Below are positions 52,812-64,000 of a stretch of DNA of 64,000 nt, piece by piece. A program made the position numbers and the translations under genes. The notes under the pieces are model-generated. The model saw nothing but the letters and a program-made list of their open reading frames with translations, made no database searches and was not told the origin of the DNA. Positions within the stretch are counted from its first letter, which is position 1. Every line of letters starts with the position of its first letter. The stretch comes from Tubulanus polymorphus. Lineage: Eukaryota; Animalia; Nemertea. The stretch is taken from contig NC_134036.1 of NCBI RefSeq assembly GCF_964204645.1, positions 10,457,859-10,521,858 of the forward strand, given 5' to 3'.

Positions 52812-53890
52812 TTAATTAGAGTTTATGTTGCTTTTGCAGAAACCCTCTTGTAATTCTGATGATGATTATTATTATCATAAATTTTTTCATAAAATGTATA
52901 TCCTCTCAGATTCGACTACTAACAGCTTATAAACGTAATTTTCAATTCTGTCAGAAATATAACTCAGCGCCTGACTATTTCGAATATAGTAATTTGTTAT
53001 GAATTAATCCCGCGTAATTACCAGGTCTAAACAGCGACAAGAATAACACAAAGAATCGTCACCATCGATAGAAGTGCACCCCGAAAAGCCTAAAATTTAC
53101 CAGACGACCTTGAACGTTAATTCAACCGTAAATCACGGATTCGGACTCACATTAGTCCGGACACGTCAATTCACGATATCTGATTCATATATGAGCGATT
53201 CAAAAAGCCGCCATTTTGTTTTCGCAAATCACGTAATCAGACTGATATAAGTCCCGATCCGTCATTTCCTGTTTTTGTTTCATCTATCGCCGCCATTTTG
53301 TACCATCTTCCGTTTGGCAGATGACCTCAACATTACCTTAATCGCTTCAAAGACGTCGATGCCACATCGTGTTCGAATCCCGACAATGCAATAATTTTGT
53401 TACCTATAATTCCTTCTTTGTGATTAAAGTAAATTAATTTTCATTGATTATAGGTTGTTAAGGTCGTTTTGAAAGTTGTGTAGTTCAAATATGTAAACTG
53501 TCACTAATAAATGAAAACTAAATTTTTTCTAGAAATCGTTGTATATTTCTGAATGCAAATTCCGCACTTAACAAATTGATGCATAAAAGTAGACCAACCT
53601 ACCGGTAGTATTAACGAAATTATGGATCAAAACGCGCAAGGAGGGCTTGTGCGACAGCTTAGAGACTTTGAAAGAACCATATCTTCGGTTAAGCCATTTT
53701 GGTACATCGATACTTTTTATATGGTAGCCCTTGTATGTAGCTGGATCCATATATCCGGCATATTGTTGACCCAGGTTGCGCTTCTTGGAAATAATTTATA
53801 TGTTATGAACTGTAGAATTCGATGACGCTTCCAGTGCAATATATGAACCACTTAGGCAGAAACCCGTTATCGCTGCTATGCAGCTATATT
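52812..53890 (+). mobile_element. Second Helentron-type non-autonomous element
   Basis: GCAGAAACCC at both ends, 3' hairpin GCTGC-TAT-GCAGC; the same 3' end occurs at 31555-31590. Confidence 0.55.
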
Positions 53891-53978
53891 TATCATTATC
53901 ATTATAAATTCACTCCCACGACTACGTATAAAAACGATGATTAGCGTAATTGTTTGAAGAACCGAACATTCATACCAC

Positions 53979-54496
53979 TGTCACCAACGGGATCTTTGAA
54001 TTTCGCTTGAGTGAGTGAAAATACCACAAAACATCCAAAAATAAAACAAGTCACAGCACACAGAGTTCCTGTCTTCAGTAGTTCTTTATTCAGTGAACTG
54101 ATCTCAACGATCTAGATGGTTATAGCGGTCTCCCTCAACAGTACAAAACAACTAGTATATATAGTTCACTTCTTATCAATAAAGACATTACCAAAACAGT
54201 AAAAATTGTCGTTAGCTCAACCTGCGTTGGACGAAAAACCGTTCAATCCAAAGTGACGTGACTATAAACTTGACATTTTCTCATTAATTTCTGTCCATAT
54301 ACGTGACATTTTCTCATTAAATCCTGACATAAAGTTTGAATTATAGTTTGCCACAGTAGTTGTTGATCCAAAAATCCGACATTTTAACATTAATTTATAT
54401 CACAAAGTTTGAGTTATCTTTTGCAGCAGCAGTTCTATTTATGAACCGAACTGCTGTTTGAAATCAATAACATAAATCAATAATACCGTTATCACA
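53979..54496 (-). mobile_element. Solo LTR (TG...CA, 4-bp TSD CCAC)
   Basis: CCAC|TGTCAC...ATCACA|CCAC; TATA-like and AATAAA signals on the minus strand. Confidence 0.55.
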
Positions 54497-57400
54497 CCAC
54501 TGTCCGCTGGGTTTGATTTTTGAAACCTTGTTCGCTCGTAAAACACTGTCCGCCCTGTTTGGTTCGTCGTGTACGCTTGTTGTCAGGTCACTTCCACCCT
54601 AGTGCACGGTGTACGATATAATCGGAAGGTCCGATAAAAATTCAGTTCATATTCGAAATAAGTGGAAATGTATAGACATCGCGTAGGTTATAAACTCTCC
54701 GAGAATAGCTCTAATGGTACATATATTGTGAGTAAACATAAACTTAACGACGAGTGTAGAGATGAACCGAGATCAAATCCTTGTAAAATACGCCGCATTG
54801 ATGATCGTAGAGCGGCAGGTTCTACGGTTTGTAATTCATCATCTCTCGCAGTAGCGGACCCGATTCGTTTATTGATTTCGGCTAACCATCACAATAAAAA
54901 TATCCGTGACCCGAGACCGATGATATTGGCAAACGGGATGGCCCTATTTCGACTGGTTCAATCCAAAGGCAATCATAGGAAAAAGCTAACGCAACCGATG
55001 CAATTACACTATGAAGAATTGGGATTTCGAATAAACGAAGAACTACTTTGTCAACGTTCTTTGTTAAAGAGAGTTCCATAATTCTCGAACATAACGCGAA
55101 ACATGAATCGCGAAAATTGCTAGTGATAAGTTCCGCCGTCCAACGCGTCAACGCTACGTTATGGTACCTGTTCCTTGAGAGGAGGACAAGAATTCAAACA
55201 CTCTTCTTAAACTGAACAAGTTGTGAAAGCATTGTAAAATGCTGTTCGCGTAACAGCTTGTGGCGTTTAAATTTGGAAGGCGCAACATGTTGGTCTGTGA
55301 TTAACTGGAATGAATTAATAAAACATATTAGTTGAATAATCAGGCCATGATATATCGCATTCAATTTGACTCAGACTGGTTGGATGACATAGGCCTAGCC
55401 TCTCCTGCATCCTGCAAAATGAATGAAGGTCTAGTTCAAATGAGTAAAAAATAATAAAATGTACCGCTAGCTAAAAAGTTCAGGAAGCTGGCCTTGGAGG
55501 AATGCCTGATATAACTTGTAAGTAAGCTTAGGCCTACCGGCCCTAGAAGAGTAGTACTAGCTTCTACGTCGTACGACCGACATACATAGAGTGCATACAG
55601 TTTCATGACATATAGACGTTAAGCACTAATAATAGTTGACATTTAAACGCCAACGCCAGTAATGAAGATTTTCTGTAAATTTAGATGTCCAATTCTATAC
55701 ATACCTCAATAACGATGAAATTAAAATGACTGAAGGAAATCGGTCGACTGGACTAGCTGCGTGAGAGGCAAAATTGTTTATTGCCGCTGTATACATTTTC
55801 CGCCAAATTTGCATCAATAGAATATTGAATTGAATTGTCCGCTCGCCATCCGAGATCTTTTCTGGGTTTTACTAAGAATCCGGGAATATTAGATAAATTC
55901 CGGGGATTCCGACAAAAATCCGGGAATTCCGTAGAATCCGGATATTCCGCGAAGTTCAGAAACCCCAACATGTTGCATTATAATTTTTTTTGTCCGATTT
56001 CAATAACTCCTTTTTCATATTTTAGGGTCATCATGCGGTAAGTTAGTCTACGATTACTGCTGTAAGTGTTTATTTATTGAAATCCCGGATACGGAATATA
56101 TTGTATACATGTTAATGTTTAAAGTAAAACCGCTTGTAAAAATTAGCGAGACTACGTACGGCGATACCCCTTGGAGACTGGTGTTTGTTGCCAGTGAAGG
56201 GACAAATAAAGGTGTTTATGAAGCGTGGACAAAACCATACAATGACCAATGCCCGCCAAGTAGACTCGAACCGACGATAAAATGTAACTGTGTTTGGAAG
56301 AGTCCTCATGTGGATGCATGGGGCAGCATGAATGTTAAAGAGGTCAGTGTTTTAATCACGTGGTGTTGATAGTTCGACGTGGCGTCGTTTTCAAAATTAT
56401 TGTCATTTATAGCAACATTTGTCATTAAAAGATATAAAACTATCGTGAAAACCAACCATCATAATATAGGTTCATAGTAATGACAGTTACAATTTACATT
56501 ATGTCTATCAAGGTACAAGTAGAGCTCTACCAGGCTGGAAAAACCGTTGCCTAAGCCAGATTTAATGGAGCGGGTTCTTCAATAACTAATTGGTTCAATA
56601 AGGAACGATTGATGATTAGTAGTTGGAACGATTTATCAAAAGAATCGGAATCTAACATTTTTTCAATGGAAGGATAGTAAGTATGTGTATCTGCTTGTAA
56701 AACCGATTTTCAAATAATATGTTTTCACTACACGACAGTAAACATGTTTCTTTTTGTCTGAAATATTTTGTTTTCAATTTCTTGTGTATCATATATCAGA
56801 TGCTTTCGCAAAGGCTCTGTATTTATGTAAGACATCCTATTATAAATTCATGCATTTCAGTGTTATTTCAACAACTGAGAATAGACGATTTTTCATTAAT
56901 CGTAACTACGGAGGGTGTGAAGTAGATTCATTGTGGATGGCCAAATATCTACTACGCGCCAAATTCCGAAGCGTCATGTAAGCATTTCACAACTTATATA
57001 AATTCAGTTTATCCAATGCATATAAAAAGCCTGTCTATGTCTGAAAATATTTGCAAATTGTATGAAGATTCTATAACCGTTGCATCGATTTCAGTAATCA
57101 AGAATTTGCAGAAAGCTGAACAGATGGCAATTTACGTCCGATGAAAATATCCTAAACTGCTGAAATCTCCATTGTGACAACATAAGCAATAAAAAAGAAA
57201 CAAATCAATACAACTGATTGAAAAATCGAACAGCATCGAATTATTCTTCTTATTAGGAATTAAGTATCTCCTCATTCATAACTTTCGTTGGTCCGGAAAT
57301 TTTACTGAAACATCCAATACCTGTTGGGTTGAACATTTTTAATACACTCTTAGAACGAAGGGTTCCACCCTTTAGGGTATGTACCTCAAAAAACCTATTT

Positions 57401-57845
57401 TGTGGGGTGCTTTGAAAGAATCCCCGGTAAAGGTTCTTTGAGGAACAATTTCCTTTAAAATATTTACGTAAGAAACCTTTTCAATATCATCAGATGGTTC
57501 TAGACCGGGTTCTTTGGGGAACGATTATAGGTTATTTATTTTTAGTTATACCAATCCTCAGAAAAATTAATCAAATCGCGTCAAATTAATATTTTATAAA
57601 ATTTGTTATTATAAAATCTCATGAATCAAAAATATGAATAATACATAGATTAACGATAAATGCTACAAAAATAGTAACACCAATTGGTACAATATTTTAC
57701 ATTATGGAGAAATTATTTCAGTGCGCTACTCGCTTGGTATTACCATAAAACACTGGGTCGGACTTTTTTCACATTCAAATAAGCATACATTTCTGAGAAT
57801 ATCAAAGGGATTTTAATTTTTTAGTGGGATAAGATTTAAGATAAT

Positions 57846-58087
57846 ATGCTAAACGAGATTTCTGTGCTTATCTTAGTGATTTGTGCACATAGCTATCTGT
57901 TTGAAATATCCAACGGCTATTCGTCAGTTGAAACAAATACGGGACCGTGTTACACTCCGAAAACAAATCACAACATCTGCGTCAACGACTTAACATATAC
58001 AACAAATGTTCCAGTAGTTAAGAAATATATTCTCACTGATACTGCATATATATCTTGCTACAATGTTGCTACCTGTGGCCTCAACGG
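57846..58087 (+). CDS. Probable first coding exon of a secreted Cys-containing host protein
   Basis: Acceptor TTTTTTAG at 57824, signal-peptide-like MLNEISVLILVICAHS, donor GG|GTAATT; a phase-compatible candidate next exon at 62041-62222. Confidence 0.4.
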
Positions 58088-58879
58088 GTAATTTCAATTT
58101 CTTCAATTGGCGATGGGCCGGTGTTTGAACACCAACGAAAGAACCAGTTACCAAGGGCACGTGTTATCCAAGTTACTGAGACCTCTCTTGCAGTACGGGA
58201 TATCACATACCGTATAATATTCTAATACTTAAAAAAGTGACCTAAACTGTTCCAATATATAATGTAACTTATTTCAAACAAAGTTTTGTTAAATAAGTGG
58301 AACCGATTCAAAGGATAAACTATACCCGTCGTTACTACACGAACAAATTGATGTTAGCCATGATCATAAGATGCGGTCAATAACAACCAAACACTGCGTA
58401 AATCAACCGTTTGAGTTCGGATCAGCAATTACTGCAAATATTATGTAGTTACATTATTGTTGCCTCGGTCAGACCTGGACTGCTTTCAAGTTAGCTTTTC
58501 AACTGATTCCACGAACTTATAATTCCATTCTTGAATGATAATCTCCAATGGTTATCTGTATTCGTTGTTCGTTTTTCTGTTCAAATATCGGACGAAGTAA
58601 TGACAATCGTTCACGACCAGAAGACGAAGAAACGCCGCAACGATTCAACATGAAAACCGATCGCGTGTCCGGTGTGCAGAGAAATTCAACATCCCGCGGC
58701 AAATACGCGGCGTACATTGTCCAGATAATCTGGTCCGAATCAAAAATACAAATTGTTGAACACGGTTATGCCAAGATACACGTACCCACTCTGCCGTAAG
58801 CGGGTGGTCTTTATATCCACCTGCAACGCGCGTGCAAGCAAGACCTAATAATCCCCAATACCGGCGTCTGATTTCGACA

Positions 58880-61158
58880 CACGATACAACATTCCTCCAG
58901 CCTTCTTTTAAAGAGTAAAATGATTTAAAATGAGACACCGGGAAACATTAAAAGTAGCAAAGAAACAACGAGACTGGAAAGAGAACAGCCAGAGCGAATA
59001 TACATCTGTGAATAAAAGCTTATTATAGCAAGTGGAGAAGATTCTTTCAACTTTCATTATCTATCACTTATTTTCGATCTAATTGTCTGTAAAACCTCAG
59101 TCTTCGTTCATGATTTGAATTCAATCCAATAGTTTCACTATTTTGAATTTATTCTGCTTACAATATCTAATCTAGAGTACCAATGCTTAATTTTGATGCT
59201 GATTAAACATACACTCATGTAAATTTAGGAAAGTCAATATTAAGAATTTCGTTTCATGTTTTTGTATTGTATCTACACGCCAGAGGTAATAACGGATTTA
59301 TACATTGGACTACAAATAAAAAAAAAGATTCCTTGTGTACAAGTCCAACATTTAAGATCCCCGAAGAAGCTTCCCTTTAGATATCTCGATAATGATTGAC
59401 CATTAATATTCTGATTGACCATAAATTTTCCCAAAAAGTCTCTCCTTCGAAAAACCTAAGCAACCAATCTCTGTGTGCTTTGTGTTTACCAATGCACTTA
59501 TTATTAGTACATTAGCAAGCACATTGTTACCTTTTCTAGCTATTTTCACTGTTTACCGTGAAATATTGCATCCTGTATTACATGAATGATTAAGCATTAA
59601 ACAATATGATACATGACCAAATACACGTTTAATATAAAAAAGACCCACTACGCGCACATTTCAAATTTCGAACCATGACTTATCATTTGAAAATTACGAC
59701 ACGACGTTCGATCTCACACTAGAGATCATCTTTCTAAATTTATACGCAGCGGGTTTAATAGTTTTGTCAATTATCTACATTTGAGTGCGACTATACTACA
59801 AATAAAAAGTTATTTTAGCAATGAAGTTTTAATTGCAATTACAAATATCAACAATCCACTGGTGAATTCCAAACAACTTTAGGCAACTGACCTTAGGTCG
59901 TAGATTGGTCTCAGGTGGCCTGCTGATCCATTATTTTTATACTACTTAATAAATATACAGTATAATTTGAAGTAGTACATTGAAGTACTATTTATTTTCA
60001 TATAAGGATAATCTGTGTACGGAAGATTGAAAAACGATATTCCATTGAGTTTTATGGTACTCTAGATTATAGTGTATACAATCAATAATTTAACAATCAT
60101 CCACGGATACGAATCATCCCAAGTTTACACAATAATTTTCTTGAAACCGTTACTGTTGATTACGAAGTTTTCTACTGGTCTGAAGTAGCACTAACAGCCG
60201 AATGTAGGTGATTCATGTAGAAATTAGATTGTTAAATTTAGGGTGTTAGACACATACGACGGCAAACGGCTATTCTTATAGTGAGAACGCTGAACTAAAT
60301 TTATTGCCTAAACGCAGCGAAATAATCGCCTAAACGCAGGTAACGTGTCGATCGCTCTAAATTACTTCGAGTAGTTACTGTCTCGGCCAAAAAGTGGCGT
60401 GTGTATCGGTCTGACTGATTCAACCGCGCGCAGCCGTCTCGCGCATATTGGTGCCTATATGAACGAACATTTTTTCCGCCAAATTCTGGAAATAATTTCT
60501 TCCGGGTCTCCCTAAATTTTCGAGGCCGTACTTCCGGTCGATCGATTTTTTTCTCCACAAAACCATTGTTCAGTGATCACCAGTGCGTTAAGAGTCGATT
60601 TTTGGTATATAAGCTAGGAACAAACATCGATGTTTAAGTTGGCTTTATAATAATTGTTCTAGCGTCGCTGAATCACTCATTGGGCCGTGTACTGCATCAG
60701 ACCGGTCGATGCGAGCGGGATTAGACGCACGACTTCTCAACCAAAAGGTAGGTCCCTAAACGAACGGTGAGCAAATATATGTAGCTAGTGTTACGCAGAC
60801 ACTCGCGCATTCTAGCGAAACACGCTGTGCGAATAAATTCGCTGCGAAAATAACGTAGTGTGTTAGGGGCTTCACTGATGCTTCATCGGGTAAAAGGGTT
60901 AATAAGAAAACTTACATGCATTAATTCTTTATCAATTATAGAAACGTTCTTCTATTCTACTTTATGTCAACTGAAATTGCCGACGGATTACTTCCACAAT
61001 GTTTACATATATCTAGTTACGAGATCAGGTTAAGTGTAGGCATAATGTATCGATTGATGGATACATTGAATGTTTCTCGCTCCTCAAGCAGCAGGCGATG
61101 CTGGACCATAAAAGCGTCCTAAACCGTTCATGTGTTTTTGTTTTTAATATCACCTACT
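58880..61158. repeat. About 2.3 kb dispersed repeat, copy B
   Basis: Collinear with 518-2828. Confidence 0.9.
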
Positions 61159-63514
61159 GTTGTTGGTAAAAATAAAATAATTTGGCCTAATTGTATATCC
61201 TGTACCTCACATACTACACCGAATTTATAGTTCAGTTCTTAGATGACACCTGTTAAAAACATAAAGCAATGAATATATGTTAATAAACTGATATTTGGGT
61301 CTTTTCCGGAAATTGGATTTTTGTCAGACTTGGCCTTGAAAAATCTAACAACATTGCTAGCACATAGAAAAAAAGGTAGAAAAAAAACTGATTGCATTTT
61401 GATAGCACCTTTTCGGATATTCAGTATAACTTCAATTAAGCTGGCATACGACTAAATTCACAAAGTCATCGTTGAAATGTGGTAAAATTCAAGGTTGCAG
61501 CGGGCTAAGAAAGTGAATTAAAATTCCACTAGCTAAAGCCGATGTTGATCTGTGTCTTATGCTGCATGATAAGGCTGGATAAAAATGATACCTTGTTTCT
61601 CCGCAGCGGCAGGGTCATTTTTGTAAAATATGATAAAATTTATAAACAGTTCATTTCTATAGCGTCCGGGTCTGTTATGGTAAAATTGATCACGATTTTA
61701 AAAAAAAGTAATGTATAGGGTAGATAGGCGGCCGACCGTGTCAACATTTAAGAGCTCAGCAGAGCGGAGAAACAAGGTATCAATTTTTTTTTAGCCTAAC
61801 GTCGATGTTTTAGATTGTCTTTTGTTGCCAACGGTGACGTACATAAACGAAAAAATGGGTAGATGAAAGAAAAACATCGGCTTCATGACGATTTTCTTAA
61901 GATCCCTGGTACACCTACTTTGCATTTGGCTTGTGTGCGTTCACTTTTCTCTTGTCTGTTTGTCCGGGAGTCGACGATATCAAATTATTTCCCGATTTCG
62001 ACTAACGTTTCGATCTGTTGTTGATGTTTATGAGTTATAGGTCCGTTCTTAGATACATACATTATAACTCGACCTGTTCCAGTCAGTCTTATTATGTCTA
62101 CAGATCTCATACCTTTGGATACTGCGCGTATTATTCCAGTAGTATGTACATCAATCGTATACTCGAGCCACGAAGTGTAACGCCAAAATATTGCGTTCAC
62201 TTTATATACATGTGTTACAGTAGTAAGTAGTTAGTCGGTCACGCTAGGACCACGGTCAAATGTCCGACTCAGAAAAATTCCGATTATATTATGAGTAAGT
62301 CGGGTTTTTGGGGTTTTCTAAGAAAAATCCGAGTTAGCTACTAATACTAAGACCCTAACCCTAACAAATGGGTGCACGGGGTCAATATTCTATTATATAG
62401 CCGACTACGATTGCAAACATGTGTGTCCGTCAAAAGAAAAATCGATCTACCGGTGTATAATACGATGCGCGCCGGTTTCGATTTGTTTAGAAATAACTGA
62501 AATTGGACGACTGACTTAGAGATTGAAAAATGCATTGCTTTGAAACCTTCGGAACATATATTCTAATTTCTAACTATGAGACAGATTTTGATAGGAAAAT
62601 GAACTGAAAAAATCGGGTCCTTGGATTCGGCCGATTTTGCTGATTTTCCTATTTAAAGCCGTCCGACTTGGGCCAGGTCGACTGTAGTTGTCCGTGTGTC
62701 TCACTCCGATACGTCGAGAGAATCGAGTAATTTGGAGTGTTCGGGAAATGTTTTATTGGTGTTAATTCCCCGTATATAAGTTCTGCAGGTTACATACTCT
62801 GCATTGTCGTTTACTGCGGTATTGGATTTTGTGGTTACACATGTGATATTGTGTCCTTTATCAATGTTTATCATCCAACTTTTTACTAATCTGCTTGCCT
62901 GGAACTTGTCTGTGGCCATCGGTATGTTCTGTATCATGTCATATTACCCCGATGATATATAATTAGCTGCATCACCCTCGTGATATCTGTATCTTATTCT
63001 TTTTGCACATAACATGCTTGCTATAAATATGTACTGCTTCTAGATATGTGAGATGGATATTGCCTGAATAATCCCTGTTATGCGGAAATGTGCTTTTGAG
63101 ACACCGTCCCGTCATTAAAGGTTTACTTACACATGCCATATTTTTCCATTCAAAGCGCCGCTTACTTTTCGTGTGCTGTATCTTTTTTTTCTGTTAAAGG
63201 ACAGTTAACATCTTGCCGTAGTGGTAATTTTCGGGACATAGAACCAATAACAATCATTAGTATCACAATCATATGATATCTTACCTTCAATGAGTAGAAA
63301 TCCGTGCAAATACACCCGTGAACACCTTAGAGGTGACTCGGACCATGTGCTCACTCTACAGCACCTGTCCACTCCCTCCATCTGGAGGCCACCATGCAAA
63401 CTACTGATGTACTAATAATGGAATAAATATATCATCATCTTATCAGTGCGCGATGACGCATCACAAATGTAGTAAAATTATCGAGCTGTTGATACAAACA
63501 TCGTGACTGAAGTA

Positions 63515-63883
63515 CACTGTTAAAAATAAATTGGTAAATTAACCAAAAAAATTGGCAGGAAATTTGACCCATAGGTGTAGTAAAATTACGACATATAGTA
63601 AATTTACTGACTTAATCGTTATGCTTAAACACCAATGATAGTTAATTAACATACAGTAAGTAATTTTACATTACCTATATAGTAAATTTACTGGCTTAAT
63701 TGTCAATCTTAAACACCAATGATAAGCGAATTTACATACATAGAGCGAGTATATTTACATTATCATATAGTTAATTTACTTCTTTATAGGCAATGTTAAA
63801 TACAAATAATATGGTGTAAAACCAATTTTCATGGTCCTACTACCAATTTAAAGAACTGGTAAATGTACCCAATTATTTTAGTG
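63515..63883. mobile_element. MITE with CACT...AGTG ends, TA flanks and internal repeats of about 95 bp
   Basis: TA|CACTGTTAAAAATAAATTGGTAAATT ... TACCCAATTATTTTAGTG|TA. Confidence 0.6.
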
Positions 63884-64000
63884 TAAATCCAATGAAACCT
63901 CTAGAGTTACCACAAATCAGTGCAAAATAACAATAATAATATTTAAGTATCAAAACATCAACAAATGATTTTAGTGGGCCAAAAAATCATGACTGCCCAT

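Noticed and set aside
54662-55151. Gypsy pol remnant next to the LTR
   Set aside because: No convincing motifs, and the LTR has a TSD on both sides, consistent with a solo LTR
62352-62366. Telomeric repeat (CCCTAA)
   Set aside because: Only two units

Overview
AT-rich, repeat-dense eukaryotic DNA, most likely from an invertebrate animal (spliceosomal splice signals, a class A GPCR, LINE, Helentron and MITE debris). The main content is three decayed, minus-strand copies of an endogenous Polinton/adintovirus-related element with a protein-primed family B DNA polymerase (about 8.6-21.7 kb, 31.6-33.8 kb and 42.0-45.1 kb). The longest copy encodes pPolB, a small SSB-like protein, a penton-like protein, an A32-type packaging ATPase and a block of small membrane proteins without signal peptides. 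No major capsid protein, protease or integrase is recognisable, but its left end is lost. Most of its genes start in a TAAATG context, and two copies end in a palindrome whose arms co-vary. The window also holds a RAG1/Transib-like transposase pseudogene with an inserted PHD finger, a truncated integrase-core transposase, a GPCR with one premature stop, a TIR element carrying a USP catalytic-Cys fragment, a solo LTR and many satellites. All family assignments come from motifs read by eye; no database searches were run.
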